From: Azolla caroliniana
Taxonomy: Eukaryota; Plantae; Polypodiophyta
Assembly: GCA_043228905.1 (NCBI GenBank)
Contig: JBHGNT010000016.1
Location: forward strand, 620,001 to 684,000
DNA: 64,000 nucleotides
Reading direction: 5' to 3'
Shown here: one piece after another, positions 49,001 through 63,425 of the stretch
Position numbering within the stretch: the stretch's first letter is position 1
Layout of the letters: the number at the start of each line of letters is the position of its first letter
Made by a program: the position numbers and the translations under genes
Notes under the pieces: model-generated
Told to the model about the DNA's origin: nothing
The model's input: only the letters and a program-made list of their open reading frames with translations
Databases searched by the model: none

Positions 49001-50879
49001 ACGCTAGGGCTATCTTAGTGGACGTCATGATCAACTTTTAACTAATTAGTAGTTTTTCACATGAAAATACGAGGCAAAACCGATGGAATGTATGATATTC
49101 CTATGCAACCATAGATATAGCTACATTTTTGGGGCTTCAAAATGCAACTTAATGCACACCACATCTCAAAATCAAAGAATCAAGATTCCTTCTTTTTAAA
49201 GCTGGCAATCAATAACATCAACACATTTAACTTTCTACAATTTTCACATTCTTTTCAAGTATTATAAGCTTCTTATGGGCTTTGAGTCACATGTCCACAT
49301 CATAATAAGATACAAATGGTACACGTTCCTTTAGCCATGTTCAATATTATGACAATTTCTATATAATATTATAATCTCTATCCTAGAAGAAGCACGCCAT
49401 TCATCATTTGATATGAAACTTTAAGAAGCCTTTAGAGCAACTTTCATAGAGAAATGTCGACTAAATTTATAGATTCTATGAAACTCAAATGCTTTACCAT
49501 TGCACATGATAACTAATCACATTATCTTGGAATGTGGAAAAACTAAATTTCATTTACAGACCTTGACACGATACCATTGCTTTTTTATCAAACAAAAGAA
49601 TCCTTTGCTGAACTTCAATCTAAATATACATTACTTACAAATTGCACATGCTCCCAAGTCAATGCATGATTGAAGAGCATATTGTTTGACAACACATTGA
49701 GAAACAATACCTAAATGTATCCTTCTTAGTTTTAAAGCAAAGCTTGATTCTAGTGTTATGAACTCAGTCTATGTTATAGATGCTCCAAAAACACAAAAAC
49801 AACGGATCTATGGATCATTTCATGAGAAAAAAACACATATCAAGAAACATTTTGTAGAACTCAAGATGTTGGCACTTCTAAAGGAAGTCATGGAGTTTAT
49901 GCCAAGGCAAGTAAATCTATACACTATAGTTTGTAATGCATTCACATTGCATGAAACAAATTTTGAGGACCTAACCAAGTGTTTTAGGTTAAGACTTGCA
50001 CATGGTCTTTAACTTGTGTGTGAATACCTAAGGAAATTTGGAGTTTGTTACAAATGAAAACAGTTCTAATGTCACTTCAACTTGTCACTCTCTCCTTGTG
50101 GCTAACACAAACATTAAAAAAATGTGGTTGCATAACAATTCGATGTTTTTATTGGATTAATTACATAACAGTTTAATACACCATCATGTTCTACTCTTCA
50201 AGAAAATTTCCCTAACCTTAATCCCTCTTATAAGCATATGATAGGCACCATCAAATGCACTTGAACTTCACAAAATGCCACCATGAAACAATGAAGATGC
50301 AGAAACATTAGGTGAGTACAAGTTTCTTTATGCAAGTCAAGATCAAATAATAACAGAGGTATAGAATATGAAGAGTTGACAAGATATCCAAATCCAAACC
50401 AAGCTTCTTTTTAATCAATCTCTTCTCGACAACCATGTACATACTTGTTTATTGGGCTTATCCAAAGAGCAATACTATTATCTGTTAAATCATTTAGACA
50501 TTTATGGTTTTGCGCTTCAAGTGTTCTTTAACTTTTCTTGATAATGTAGTACAATTGTTCATTATAGTTTTGTTGTATACTTGTAAGTTGTTCCTATGCT
50601 AATTAATGTTTAGAAACATCTCTACAGGAGGACTATTTGCATATTGTAACTCGAACCTATTGTATTACACATGTAAAATCTATGTATATATACTTTTTAA
50701 AACTAGATCTATTTCAAGAGTAGAAATGAAAACTTTCTTCTTCTTTTTTCCAAAAAAAACTCTTTCCATTAGTTACAAAATTTTACAAATGAGAATGTTA
50801 TATACAAATCCCAATAGGAACACAATAGTTCCATCTTATGTGGAGGCCCACTCACTCAAGAAAGGGAGAGGATGACAGT

Positions 50880-51620
50880 TGTTGAATGCAGGCTAATTGT
50901 TGTCATTCAACTCCATCAGATCCACCCATGAGGCCATCATACTGGCTCTTTAGAGTGTCTACAACTTCACTCCATATCTCCTGCAATAACATTGCTTGAT
51001 GCACGGTTTGATTGGAAAAAACCCGTCTACACCGTTATTTTCAAAGAATCCAAAGAGTTATTGGGATGAACATTTCCAACATGACAACTTGAGCTTTGGC
51101 ATTAATAGGAGTTGAGTGAAAATTGTCAATGGTAGAAAACAAGATCCCGTCTGACTTTATCACCAATGTCATCCCTTGCTCTTAATGTTCATACTTGTCG
51201 ACTGGGGCTCGCCATGATAACCAACATACGTTCCCCCACTTGATTGTGCCTTGCACTTGGCATAATTGTAGTAAGCGGTCAACCCCCCGCCATATTCGAT
51301 GGGTCTCTGGCCAATTCCACATACCGTGTCAGATTGACTTGGTAGGTTACATTTGGTCACGTTGCATAATTAGGAGAGCTAAGTATCCCACGTTGCCACG
51401 CTCCAACCGGTAGTGACCTATGTATTAACATCTATTGGAACGCGGTAATTTGCCTAGCGTGGTGTTGTTTCCATATTTTCTACCAAAACTTGGTGATAAT
51501 TGTATGGGGAATATGATATGTGTGTCATATCTTTGTAGTTGTCGGCTCTCGAATGGTTTGAGCAGCTAGAATGTGGCGACCCAATCTAGTCGTGAATTGG
51601 AAGAAAGGGATGACTTTGCT
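50880..51620 (-). mobile_element. LINE 3'-end remnant
   Basis: Minus-strand SI*HGMWNWP resembles the zf-RVT ESIxHxxWxC motif, followed by LLQEIWSEVVDTLKSQYDG; degraded. Confidence 0.45.
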
Positions 51621-52299
51621 TCCTTGACCTATAATATAAGGCTCACACCATGTCCATTGCAAAAGGTCCTAGTTGACCTTACTTAGCCATGTGTTTTCAT
51701 AGTGTCATTTTGGTTGTACATACATGAGAGATATCCTATAATGATATCAAAGATATGTTTCCTAAGACAAAAAGAGACCCTATGACAAAGGATGATATGG
51801 AATTCAAAGCTATCCAAGTAGCACATACGGAGGGCACAAAAACCTTTACGAAGGCATAACACCCATCATCTCAACCATAGGAGGTTATGAATCGACTATC
51901 TTGATAACTTAGTACAATAGTCCAATGTTGTTTTATTGTATGCTTTATCCTAATGCCAATTAGTTTTTAGAAACATCTATAACGAGGACTGTTTTAATAT
52001 TGTAACTTAAATCTATAGATACATTTCAGACCTTTTGACATTCTAGTTATACGTTAGATCTAGTTTGAGAGTATTAATATTGTAACTTAAATCTATAGAT
52101 ACATAATACATTTCACACCTTTTGACATTCTAATTATACGTTAGATCTAGTTTGAGAGTAGACCCGAAAACGTTTTAAGATTTTTGGTCTCCATTAATAT
52201 ATGAGAGACATCCTATGATCATGTCAATGGTTTGTTACCTAATCATAAAAACAGGTCCATATGAGAAAGGAGTGCATGGAACTCAAAGATGTTGAGCAT

Positions 52300-52450
52300 C
52301 GGGCACACAAACTGTTATGAAGGTATGGTACTCCTCCATCATCTCAACCATGTGAGCTCAAAGCTCATTGCATGAACAAAGCGGGCACACAAACTGTTAT
52401 GAAGGTATGGTACTCCTCCATCGTCTCAACCATGTGAGCTCAGAGCTCTT
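52300..52450. repeat. ~82-bp period direct duplication
   Basis: CGGGCACACAAACTGTTATGAAGGTATGGTACTCCTCCATC...TGTGAGCTCA occurs twice, with a related copy near 51830-51880. Confidence 0.85.
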
Positions 52451-54713
52451 TGGTGTGATCCAATTCCAAAAACCCATCTATGGAAGAGTGCGAGCATCAA
52501 TAATGTACAAGAAAATGTTTAAAACACAAAAAACTAGTTAAATGAATCAATGTGGTCAAGCATTTTATATGATTTATGCATGAATGATAAGCAAAAGAAA
52601 AAGAGATTAAGGAGAATAATAGATTATGGATGCTTAACCATATCAACCACTCCCGAATGAAGGATATGAGACAAATATAAAATACCATCAATATCCTAGA
52701 CTATTGAATGTTACATTATGTTTTACCTTGGATGTTAAATAACAGATCAATGAAGAGATCTTAGCCTAACTAATAGAGTCTTGATAGCATCTCAAGATGT
52801 TGTAACGAAAAGGGTAGCTAGTCCCCTTTGCATAGCTCAACGTCAAAGACTCCGAGACAACTATGTGTTCCCACATGCCATAGGTCCATATGGGTTTGTC
52901 CCATATCCTTTGGTAACTGGTAACTATCCTACCCTTAACCAATTAAAATTAGCTATCAATTAGTTCATAAGTTTATGCGTGATAAACCTTCTGAGTTCAT
53001 GTGAATCAACCAATAGATTATAGCATGATAAAAGCCACCAATAGATTATTAATCAAAAGTTACACTTAGTCTTCTCTCTAATCTTGATGCATTCTCTTCA
53101 TGTATTGTGGATGACTTTATGCCTTCAACCCTTGTAACGCTCATTGCTCTCCCGCCCACATTAGCTTAATAAACACATCAAATTTGTCTACTGTTTAAAC
53201 TATTGTACGTGGATGACAGCAACTATACAAGGTCCTTTCCTTTAGGTAAGTCAATAAGTTTAAATTTTAGTTACTCATAATTTGGAGGATATATTTGAGT
53301 TATTATTCTCTATTATAAGATGCACGCTAGTGTAGGAGATATATGTAATAAGAAACTTGTACTCCATTGAAGACTTTGATACCCTTCAAATGTTTTTCTC
53401 TCTGTTGGTATATAAAGATCTTAGATTTGACAAAGAAAGTTAGAAACAAGAAGAGTGAGGGCATGGATGCAAGAAAAAACACCACAAATGATGTGATGAT
53501 GACAATGCATTTGATCTTCATGATAGATAAATTGTTGGAACCTGGTTGTACACGGTGAAAGCTTAAGTGGAATGACTCAACTTAAGAGGGCACTAGGTTT
53601 AGCCACCAATAACATGATTATACACAAAAGACTTATTGCTCTCTCACAACATTGGTCAATCATCATGGCCTCTAACGTCTACCTCCTAAGGCATGTAACA
53701 TTGATCAATCATCACGTCTCCCAATGTCTACCTTCTAAGGCATATTCATTAGATCATTCACGTAATACAACCCTTCTTGTTACACTAGTTTGATGGTTGA
53801 CTAAAAGTTTACACTCCATAGCAACCAAATTTGCTGGCAGCCATGTCATGGATATAATTTTATAGCATACGAACACTGATAATCTAGCTCAGGAAGGAGA
53901 GACAACAAAACTTAATATGGTGCAGGCATATGATAAATTTTACTAAGATTCAAACATGTAAGCATAATATTGGAATCACATTCAACAGCCATTAAAGCAG
54001 GTTTCAAAATTAGTTTATTCCATTTTAGCTTGGATCTCACTTAAAAAACCATCATCATAACCAATTATGCATGTGCTTAGGTCATGGATGACCACATGCA
54101 AATCAACAACCTTACATAAATGTAGATGTATGCAAACTAACCAGTGGTAGGGCCTCCTCACTGTCACATCACAAGAAAACTAGACTGGATGAGCCTTAAC
54201 AAGATCCATGAAATAGGAAGACTACAGTCAGATAAGCTGAAGGCATGCTACAGTACAATATGACTTTTTTCTAGCAAGGTAAGGTTAACTTGTATTGGTC
54301 ATTAATCTAATAACACATCTTTCAACTTATTCAAACAAGCAGGAGGTCCACCAATTGAGGGCTTTAAGAAAGTGATTCACGAGCAGGACATGTAATTTTG
54401 GCAACGATGGACAGTAGAAAACCTACTTGTATAAATGAAAGGGCCAACTCATACTAATATTAGACAAATTTGATATTTTTTATGTACATATTGATACAAG
54501 AGTATCCCATCCATGCCAATCTTGATTTCTGAACCTTAAAATTTGTAAAACTATCATCAACAAGATCAGCACCAATTATTCATTTATGATGATGGATGAT
54601 TAGTTTTTTAGACGTACTACAATCTGCAAGCTGTAATGAAGACACCGGACTATATTACAATTCCACATCAAAGAGGGACATGCCTCAAAAGCGACTTTAT
54701 AGGGAACTATAAA

Positions 54714-57700
54714 TCAACTGATGCCACAGCAATGCTTTAGGCCACAATGTTGCTCATTGTCAGCACTAAATTGAACTATCCTATTATCAATGACAAGCCT
54801 CTTTGGTTGATGAACCCACCTTGATGCCGCTGTCCATGCTGAGAACAACTTATCAACATCAGCTTCACCTAACCCATTGTCACTGATATCAAGAAATTTG
54901 AGTCCTTCATTGAGAGCTAGAGCTGTGGCAAGCTCATTGAGTGACTCTTTAACAGAATCGATCAGCATCACATCTCCCACTTTAAAATTCCAATGTTCTG
55001 GGGTACACAATATTTCTGGAACAGTATGCTCATGTAAGGATTGCAACCGTTCATCATCATCTTCACTATCTGATACCACACCAACTCTCAAGAACCCTTG
55101 AGAAACTTCCGGAATTGTTTGTGGGCTTGTTGTGTTCTCTTCCTGTTTGTTTTTATGGACCAGATGTTGAAGATTGTTAGCACGCTCCAGACTTGCATTT
55201 GTCTGCTCACTAGAAACAGCATAGTGTTCTACCTTACATTTCACAACCTCTGCAAGTATGCAGCTCATTGGAGTCTTTGGCTCCAACTTAAGCTCCATAT
55301 CATCAAGTTGGCCTCCCAAAGCACATTGTTTAAACTCCCTAGAACTGCTTTCTATGTTCGATGAAAGTTTATTTCCACCAAGAGTCAGCTGTCGTAAGAC
55401 AGTATTGCCTTTCCTAGAACTTCTTTCTATGTTCCCTGAAAGGTTATTTCCTCCCACTGTCAGCTGTCGTAAGACAGTATTGCCTGTTTCAAGTGAGAAT
55501 GTCAGAAACCATTTGACAAGATGCAACAACTTTGGAAAACAATGAACACACTTACCTTGGAGGGCTTTCACTATTAACAAAATGCTTGTCCAAGTTAATT
55601 GGCATCTCTCTAGCATAAGCACCTTCAATATGCAATCCATACGTGAAAGCATTTGCGAAATTTGATACGCTCCCTGGTCGCAAATCACATAATCACAGAA
55701 AATCTAAAAAGGTACGAAAAACATACAATTTTGCAAGGGCAGCCATGATTTAAGGGTTCTGACCATAACCAAATGGACTTGCATTTCCGGCTGTATTAGA
55801 TTCCAGTTTTAAGAAGTCATAGATGGCTGCCTAATAGGCAAATTTACATGTTTTAGGGCTTTCAGTACGTGGTCTACCTCCTCAAATGGATTGGATGGTT
55901 GGCATGTGGAGTGGCCAACAAGACAATACAAGAACTCTAGTAGAAGAAATGCTTCTACAAAGCTGATATTCTTCATCTAAATGAACTTCTAAAACAGAGC
56001 TTACCTATTGGAGTGACAGTTAAATAGCTTCTCTCCCAGCTTGTTTTCAAAGAGATTTAAATAATTACGTCTTCCAAAACTCAATTACATGGCCTCCTAA
56101 AACAGAACTTATGTATCAGACTTAGAATTTTATTGGCGATTAGATACCTTTTCACCTAGCTTGTTTCCACTGAGATTTAAGTAACTAAGTCTTCTGAAAC
56201 TTTCAATTTGAGAGCACTGCATTTCATCAACATCCATATTGAGCTCACAAAAGGAGATATCAAGCTTTACGACCTTTGAGGGACACACATCAATTGCACT
56301 TATTAATTCGATCAAGCCTTTCTGCATTTTCAGGCAAACAAACTAGTTAGCGAATTGTCGCAATCTCATTGGTCCAACACTAAAACATTGACTTGGATAG
56401 CATGGAAAACTTTATGGAAGTACATTTTGTAAACAACAATCCCCGAGCATAAGAGTTGAGATGGTATGGGAAGATTTCACAAGACCTCCAATTGCCTCAA
56501 CTGCATGTTTGTCAAGGCTGATGCCCGTTATGTCAAGTTCCAAGAAACTGAAATAAAGACAGCAGATGTTAGAGCTAATGGCAACATGGATAGCAAAGCC
56601 CACAAACATAGAGAAAGAAATAATCCATGGAATATGCTAATACTTTCTCAAGCTTGAAAGCTTTTCAAAAAGCCCGATGATTGCCATACTTGAAATAGGA
56701 TTGTTCTTCCCTGCATTATTAAGAGAATCTTTCTCACTTTAAACTAATTATTTCATATATATACTCCAATATTGAGCCAAATCATATAGATGGTATCTAT
56801 AGCATATAATAAATATAATGTATTTATTCTTTGTAAACTATGGATCACAATGGATTACTATGCAATCTACTATCATACTGGATCACTGATGATGGTTTGG
56901 GTGATAATTATGGTGAACAATATCCTGGGATGTAAAACAATTTGCTATAAGTACTATATACACACAACATGATTGGACCAAAGAATTGTGTGATAATTAC
57001 GCCATGCATTACCCGAAGTATTGGAATTATAAAAACTACTGTATTCTTTTAAAGCTTTGCAGAAGCACAAGATAGTTCGGGACTTCCTCGTGTGAAGATA
57101 AAACTGACAACTACCAATATATAAGACTTGCGCTTTGTGTTAGAATAAAAAATGGGTCGATTTGTTGTATGCAAGGCTACTTCAGCTGAATGTTGTTCAA
57201 TGACATTCACTAGGCAGGATAAATAATTCAATCAAATTAGTTGGTAAGATATCTAGAATACTCTCTAACCTGGAATGTGCATGCAAATTATGCAGATGAT
57301 TGAGCCATGGAGATTGCATGTTTGATTGCAGATAGTTGCCATGCTAATGAAAGTATTGTTGATATGCTATGACTATGTCACAAACTGACTCCTTATTACA
57401 ACAAATACTCATTACCTCTTATTGCAGTTACATGTTCATAAGTTTTATAGGTTGTTCTTCAGCCTTTGGCAATTTTCTTTGCATAGGTCAGATTTTGGGT
57501 TTTGTAACTACGGATATCCCGTGAGTTACAACAAACTAAACTATGATCATTCTATTGTGTATTTTGACCACACATTGAGTTTATCCACCAGTAATATGAT
57601 GTATTACAAAACTTCTAGAAATTCCATATCTCACGTACCATTGGCATCCCGAGACCAATGAAAGTCTGCTAAATATAGCATAAGAACAAAAAAATTTAGC

Positions 57701-60700
57701 TCATCCTATACTTCCACATTCCATAGGTCAAAGTTTAAACCTGTTCCAACTTGCAAATTTAAGGACTCGACATGCAGGAAAAAGGAGATCAAAGTGTTTT
57801 ATGAGCTACATTTTGGGCAATGTATGTAAAAAATATTCTCTCTTCCTTATCCACAGAAGGAAAGCATGCTTACCAATTGATAATTTCACAAGAGGGCAAT
57901 CTATACTCAGGACACTTGATATTTTCATAATTGAACGTGTTGTGAGACAGCAATCCTCTAGCTTCAGAACTTCGAGGACTGCAATAAAAATAACAATACT
58001 CAAGGATCTTTACTCTACATTATAGCAAAAGTAGACACAGAATGATGCAAATAAACAATTTACCTTCCGACTTTCTAATCAGATCGGTAAGATATCTTGC
58101 TGCTGCGTCAGTTAATTTGTTTCCTGATAAGTTCAGGACTTCAAGTCTTGATATGACAATAGGAGACTCGCAGATCTATAAAAGCACAGAAGTTAGGACA
58201 GATCTTTTTAAACCATTATAAGACCACTGCAAGCATGACTCACATGTACAACAGAAACAGCGCCCAGGTTATTGTTGTGCAGATCAAGAATAAGGCCTAA
58301 ATTCGGCTGACTATTTGTCGCAATCAATTCCTGAATCTTCTGCAGTGACCGATTACCTAGGTCCAAACGTGGAATGTAAATTTTGTAAAGCATTCTGTCA
58401 TATGGTTACTCATTTTCCATTAACAAACCTATGGAGTTGTGTGAGAAATCCAGGTGCGCGAATGATCCATTTGCACTTAATGCCATTAATAATGGCCAGG
58501 CTGAATTGTCATCCAAGTCACACCCAGAAACTGAAATCTTCTCCTCGGTGTCCTGCAGACATCCGAAAATATGACCATGCAGGAATGAAACCAAAATATT
58601 TTTTCATGAGATTGAGAATCTTTACTTTGCTCTCCTTTAGGCTAATCATAACTTTGGTATTCATTGTCTGCTGATAAAGCTGACAAAATAACTGATATCG
58701 CTCCACAACTGGTACAGGAACCCAACCTATCATCAAGGCATTCTTAAGAAGATTAATAAAAACCAAACTTATGCACACTTACATGTATCAATGACTACAT
58801 GCATAGACCAGTTAATAATCCGCTCTTGAAAAGAGAGGTTGTATTAAGATCTCTCAATGAAGCCAAATGCTCACAAAGCATAGATTCTCAAAGAACCAAG
58901 TCAACGAAAAACATTCTATCTAATGTTCTCAAAGAATTTGGGAATTGAGGAAGGGAAGTGATCAGTACAAGGCCATATCACTGGACAACATAAAGAAAAC
59001 ATAGACAAGCATCACTGACTTTATAGTTGAGAAAACATCTTGTCATCCATCGTCAAAGTGTCCAAAGCATTTAAGCTTTCTCTTCAACTATTTGATTCCA
59101 CGATATTGATAAATATTTAAAATTCCTCTTTTGCAGCAGATGCTATCTTCACTTTTCGAGTTCTCCAGGCCCTTCCTATTTCTATATTTCTTTTATAATA
59201 TGTCTGACTTGAGAATCTTACATTATAGATGACAATATTCTTCAGTCACGTCTTATTCTATTTCGTTTTACTTTTTACTTAGTTACATTTATTTTGATTT
59301 GTTGTTATCAAAGACAATACAAAATTTCCAGATGTAATCTCTCATTTTGGCTATTTTGGCCTCTTCAAAGACGATAGTATTTCTTTCTTTCTTTTAGAAA
59401 ACTAACCGACCAGGGTATAACAAAGGGGTTACAATAGATCAGGCAATCACAATTTGTCGTGCACGTAGGCCCCGGCCCACGGACCATGACCTTGGCACCC
59501 TTGTCATCGACAGATAAAGGCCATTATCTCCCGCCATCACAGGTGCTTCCCTCGCTTCGGAGACCTCTCTATTTTGGATCCACCTATGCTAGAGAACTTT
59601 CGAAGACAAAAGTTATAATATACCTAACTTGAGAATCTCACATGTACCAAAACCAGATTCTTTAGTCTCTATTTACTGAGTAATATTTATTCTATTTTGA
59701 TTTGCTGTTTTCAAAGACGAGACAACACTTAAGATGTAATCACTTGTTTGGTCTTATAGGCCATTTTGGTCTCTAAAAAGACGTTAATATATCTCTCTTT
59801 CTTTCAGCCAATTAACCACAACTTTACATGTAATTGAAGATAATGTGATGTGATGTATCATACACCAAGCAGGTTTCAACCTACCTTAGCATTAAAGCTA
59901 ATGCCCATTCACACTTTGACTGTAATATCTTCCAAATAATACACATAAAATATCATTGTACTTCATAGACATTGAATTTTAAGTATATATTTCTATCATA
60001 CTTACAATCAACCATAGCCTCCAAACTGTCTAAAGCATCCAATTCAGGCAAGATACAAGTGACTTGTTCCAAAGGTTGCAAAACCCTGCCCTTTAACAAC
60101 AGGTGTCGGATCAGTGGCCTGGGTCCTGTAAAATGTCATTTTGTTTTGCATGTCTAATTTTTCATACATGATAAATTTTTTAAGCGTACATAGAATACAA
60201 TCACCGAGCAATCATTATGAAATAAATACAGAGCATTAGTTGTACCTGAAGGATTCCTGGAGACATAAGCATGCACAACCTCTTGTTTCAACCAGTCAAT
60301 TGTTCTAGAAACATTTTCAACTCCTCCCATCTGCCTAAGGATATTTACTTTGATAAATACATCTCCAATATGTACTGTCACAAAATCTGAAGGCTGCAAC
60401 AAAAGCATGTCATGTTAAAATCTTTACAGCCTGAAGAGCATATTAATAATTAGATATACAAAGAATTAAATGAATATATTTATCTAAATATTACTAGAGG
60501 ATGTTTCATATATCATAGTGGAGACAGCAGACACCATGATGATTCCTTCGAACAATTTAGTATGTCATCACATCCCCTAAGTTAGGAAGAGGAGCAGTGC
60601 TAACATGTCTATGGCAGAAATTCATAACCTGTGTTTTTACTAATGGGACTTATATTAACTGGGTAGCCTATCAGAATTTACATGTGGCTTAAAGAAATAC

Positions 60701-63425
60701 AAAGTTTCAGAACCCCCTATGTCTGCATACAGGTGACATACACAACAGGTTATAGTAACGCTGTAACAAAACTAGCACTTAGAAGAGATGCAATCATAAA
60801 TATATAAAGGATAACTAGGAAGACAATATCAACTCGTACAAAATCTACATATATTTAGCACTATCCAATATGTGCTCCAATATTCTTAGTATGGTTTCAG
60901 AGTTTCGTACAAGTGGGTCCCTCTATCTGGAACCCTAAAACATAAGAAGCTCAACAATAGATAGAACTAAAATACAACTTTTTAGCGAGACAAAACGATA
61001 ACCTGATTCAACACCGAGTTGGCTTCATCCATCATAGGTGAGGTGCATTTACCAATAAAATCCTTCCTCTGGATTCCTGACGTCTGCATTTCATCTTCAT
61101 TCATGACTTTTTCAACACCAGCATTTGCATTAGAAATAGAAAAAGTACTGTCATATTTTACTGATCCTAGTTCTGAAGTTTCTAATTGTTCCGTAAATTT
61201 CTTATTAGGAGAACTAACTTTCTCTCTCAATGTGTTTCTCTCTTTGACTTCAGCACCAAAAGATTCTATGAGGTTATCAGACTCTCCTTTTTTACCAATA
61301 GTTTGGGGCTCTCTAGATTGTAATATTGCTTCATTTTGGTGATTGTGGTCAAGTAATCTTTCATTCACATTCGTTAATACATGAATTTCAGACCCATTGT
61401 CTGCAGACGCAAAGGACTCCTCGTTGTCTTCATCCAAAATCACAATACGTGGACGTTTACGAGACCTCCTTACTTCTAGATTTCTAGCTTCTTTCCCCAG
61501 ATGAACATATTCTACTGACAGGATAGATGTATTTTCTTGCAGCATTGGTTTTAAGTCTTTCTTGCTGGCTCCTTTGTTTTGCAGACCTTTTCTAGGCAGG
61601 AAAGAAGTCAATGGAGCATTGTCATCATCGTCCATATCAGTTTCCATATATGCACTGATTTTAGACTTTTTCACTTCTGTACAAATTGTCCTGGCTCCCT
61701 TTTTGGGTACTGAAAGAGATTCTGACTCATTATCTGTTTCTGGGCAATGTTCATCATCCTCAAGGAATGCCTCTTGTTTCTCCTTCAATTCGTTCAAGGT
61801 GTGCAATTTAGATTGAATGGCCCTAGGAAAATAAACTAAAGCATGATATGAATTCTGAGATGAGTGTAAGCAAATTACAGATATTTATAACCTCTGAAAG
61901 ATATTACTTGGCTTCAGTTGTCCGCTCTAATCGAACAAAATAGCAGTACTGTATGTTCTCCAGTGCACTAATCTGTTGTGACAACATCCTTGTCTTTCCT
62001 TGTGATTTAGCTATCCTGTAAAGCCATCAATTTCCCAACTATAAACATGTTCATATAAGAAGAGATTCAATTGAATCATAGTTTTCATAAGACCAGAAAA
62101 TCTGGAAGCAAAATCAACATAAACAAAAAACAGCATGAAGAAGCTCAGATATATAGGCACATGTATAATTTCTATACTGTATTATATTCAATAATTAGAT
62201 TTACCTAAAGAGATAAACAAAAAACAGATAGATGAGACACATGTGATTCTTTTCAGTTGATCATACTTTACAGTATATACAATCAGAGCTTTTTCAGAGA
62301 GTATTCTACAGGTAAACCAAGTCCATGTAGCCATAACTGTATATTGCATCAACACTCAAATTTGACGCTATATTTATTTATCAAACACGACATGGTGTGT
62401 ACCCAAACTAAGATCACAGGTAGATACATAGGGCATATGCTAATATAACAATTCGCCAAATTATTTTATCCAGATTCAGCATTTTGAGCTCTACAGTATT
62501 TCTTGGAGACATCTAATCTTTGCTGGATAGAGTACATTTCTAGGACACCTAATCTTTGCTGGATTTCAAAATGCCAAGATAGTAAACTAAGTTTAGGAAT
62601 TCACAGCACCATTTTTGGAAGGTACTATATCAAGTATCACTGTGGGACTCTCTAAGGCAGAACTAGTGGAGGATAAAAAAACTCAGAAATAACAAAACTG
62701 AAGAGCTACTCGGTAAAAATGATTTACCATGCATGAAATCAAGTTAATGACAAGAAAATCCTGATATTCCTCATTATTGAAACCACATGAATGAGCTTTT
62801 AAATCATTCAAGTCATCTGGAAGGAGTGGAGTTACAGACATGTTTGGATGTCAAATATAATTTATAAGCATTTCTGTTTCCATAAGTGTGAAGACGCACC
62901 AAATTTGTATATTACACATTGCAATTAAAAAGAGATCCTTTGAACACCTCAAATGCAACAGTTATGTGCTTTTCCACACTCGAAAAGGTGACGTCAAACT
63001 TGGTGGCATCTCAAACATAATATAGATCATGCACCCATCCTTTTTTACTCTGAAAAACTGCAAGTTGTAAGAGACCATACTCATAAGCATCCTTGTATGC
63101 CTTCAATGCTTTATCCCACTCTTCAGTATAGTCAAGTGCATTTCCATAGTTGATCAATGCAACAGATTGTCCCTGTCAGTGAAACCAGAGAAAAAATCAA
63201 AACTTTCAAAATAACCAATTGCAGTAAAAACTTTCTTAATAGGCTTACTTCAAGGTGTCCAATGCGTTTACATAGATCCCAGCTCCTCAAATGCCATTTC
63301 TTAGCCTTGCTAAAATCCCTAAGATTATAGTAAGATTCTCCCACAATCTCCAAGGCATCCCCAAGCTTTTCCATATCTCCAATCTCTTTGACAACTGTTT
63401 TCAACCTCTTCGCAAGTTTGAGATG
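54714..63425 (-). CDS. TSK: TONSOKU/BRUSHY1/MGOUN3 (TPR plus LRR replication-repair protein), 3' portion; 5' exons further right or outside the window
   Basis: GT-AG exons 63425-63249, 63172-63081, 62015-61908, 61822-61003, 60393-60246, 60125-60006, 58726-58626, 58552-58429, 58356-58244, 58175-58064, 57978-57874, 56710-56644, 56547-56424, 56321-56148, 55673-55556, 55483-54714. TPR motif EKLGDALEIVGESY...IGHLEGQSVALINYGNALD, RI-like LRRs, C-terminal CG...CC. Confidence 0.9.

Noticed and set aside
48960-50040. Possible decayed hAT/ZNF862-like transposase
   Set aside because: Only vague similarity in a short ORF; no catalytic motifs or TIRs could be confirmed
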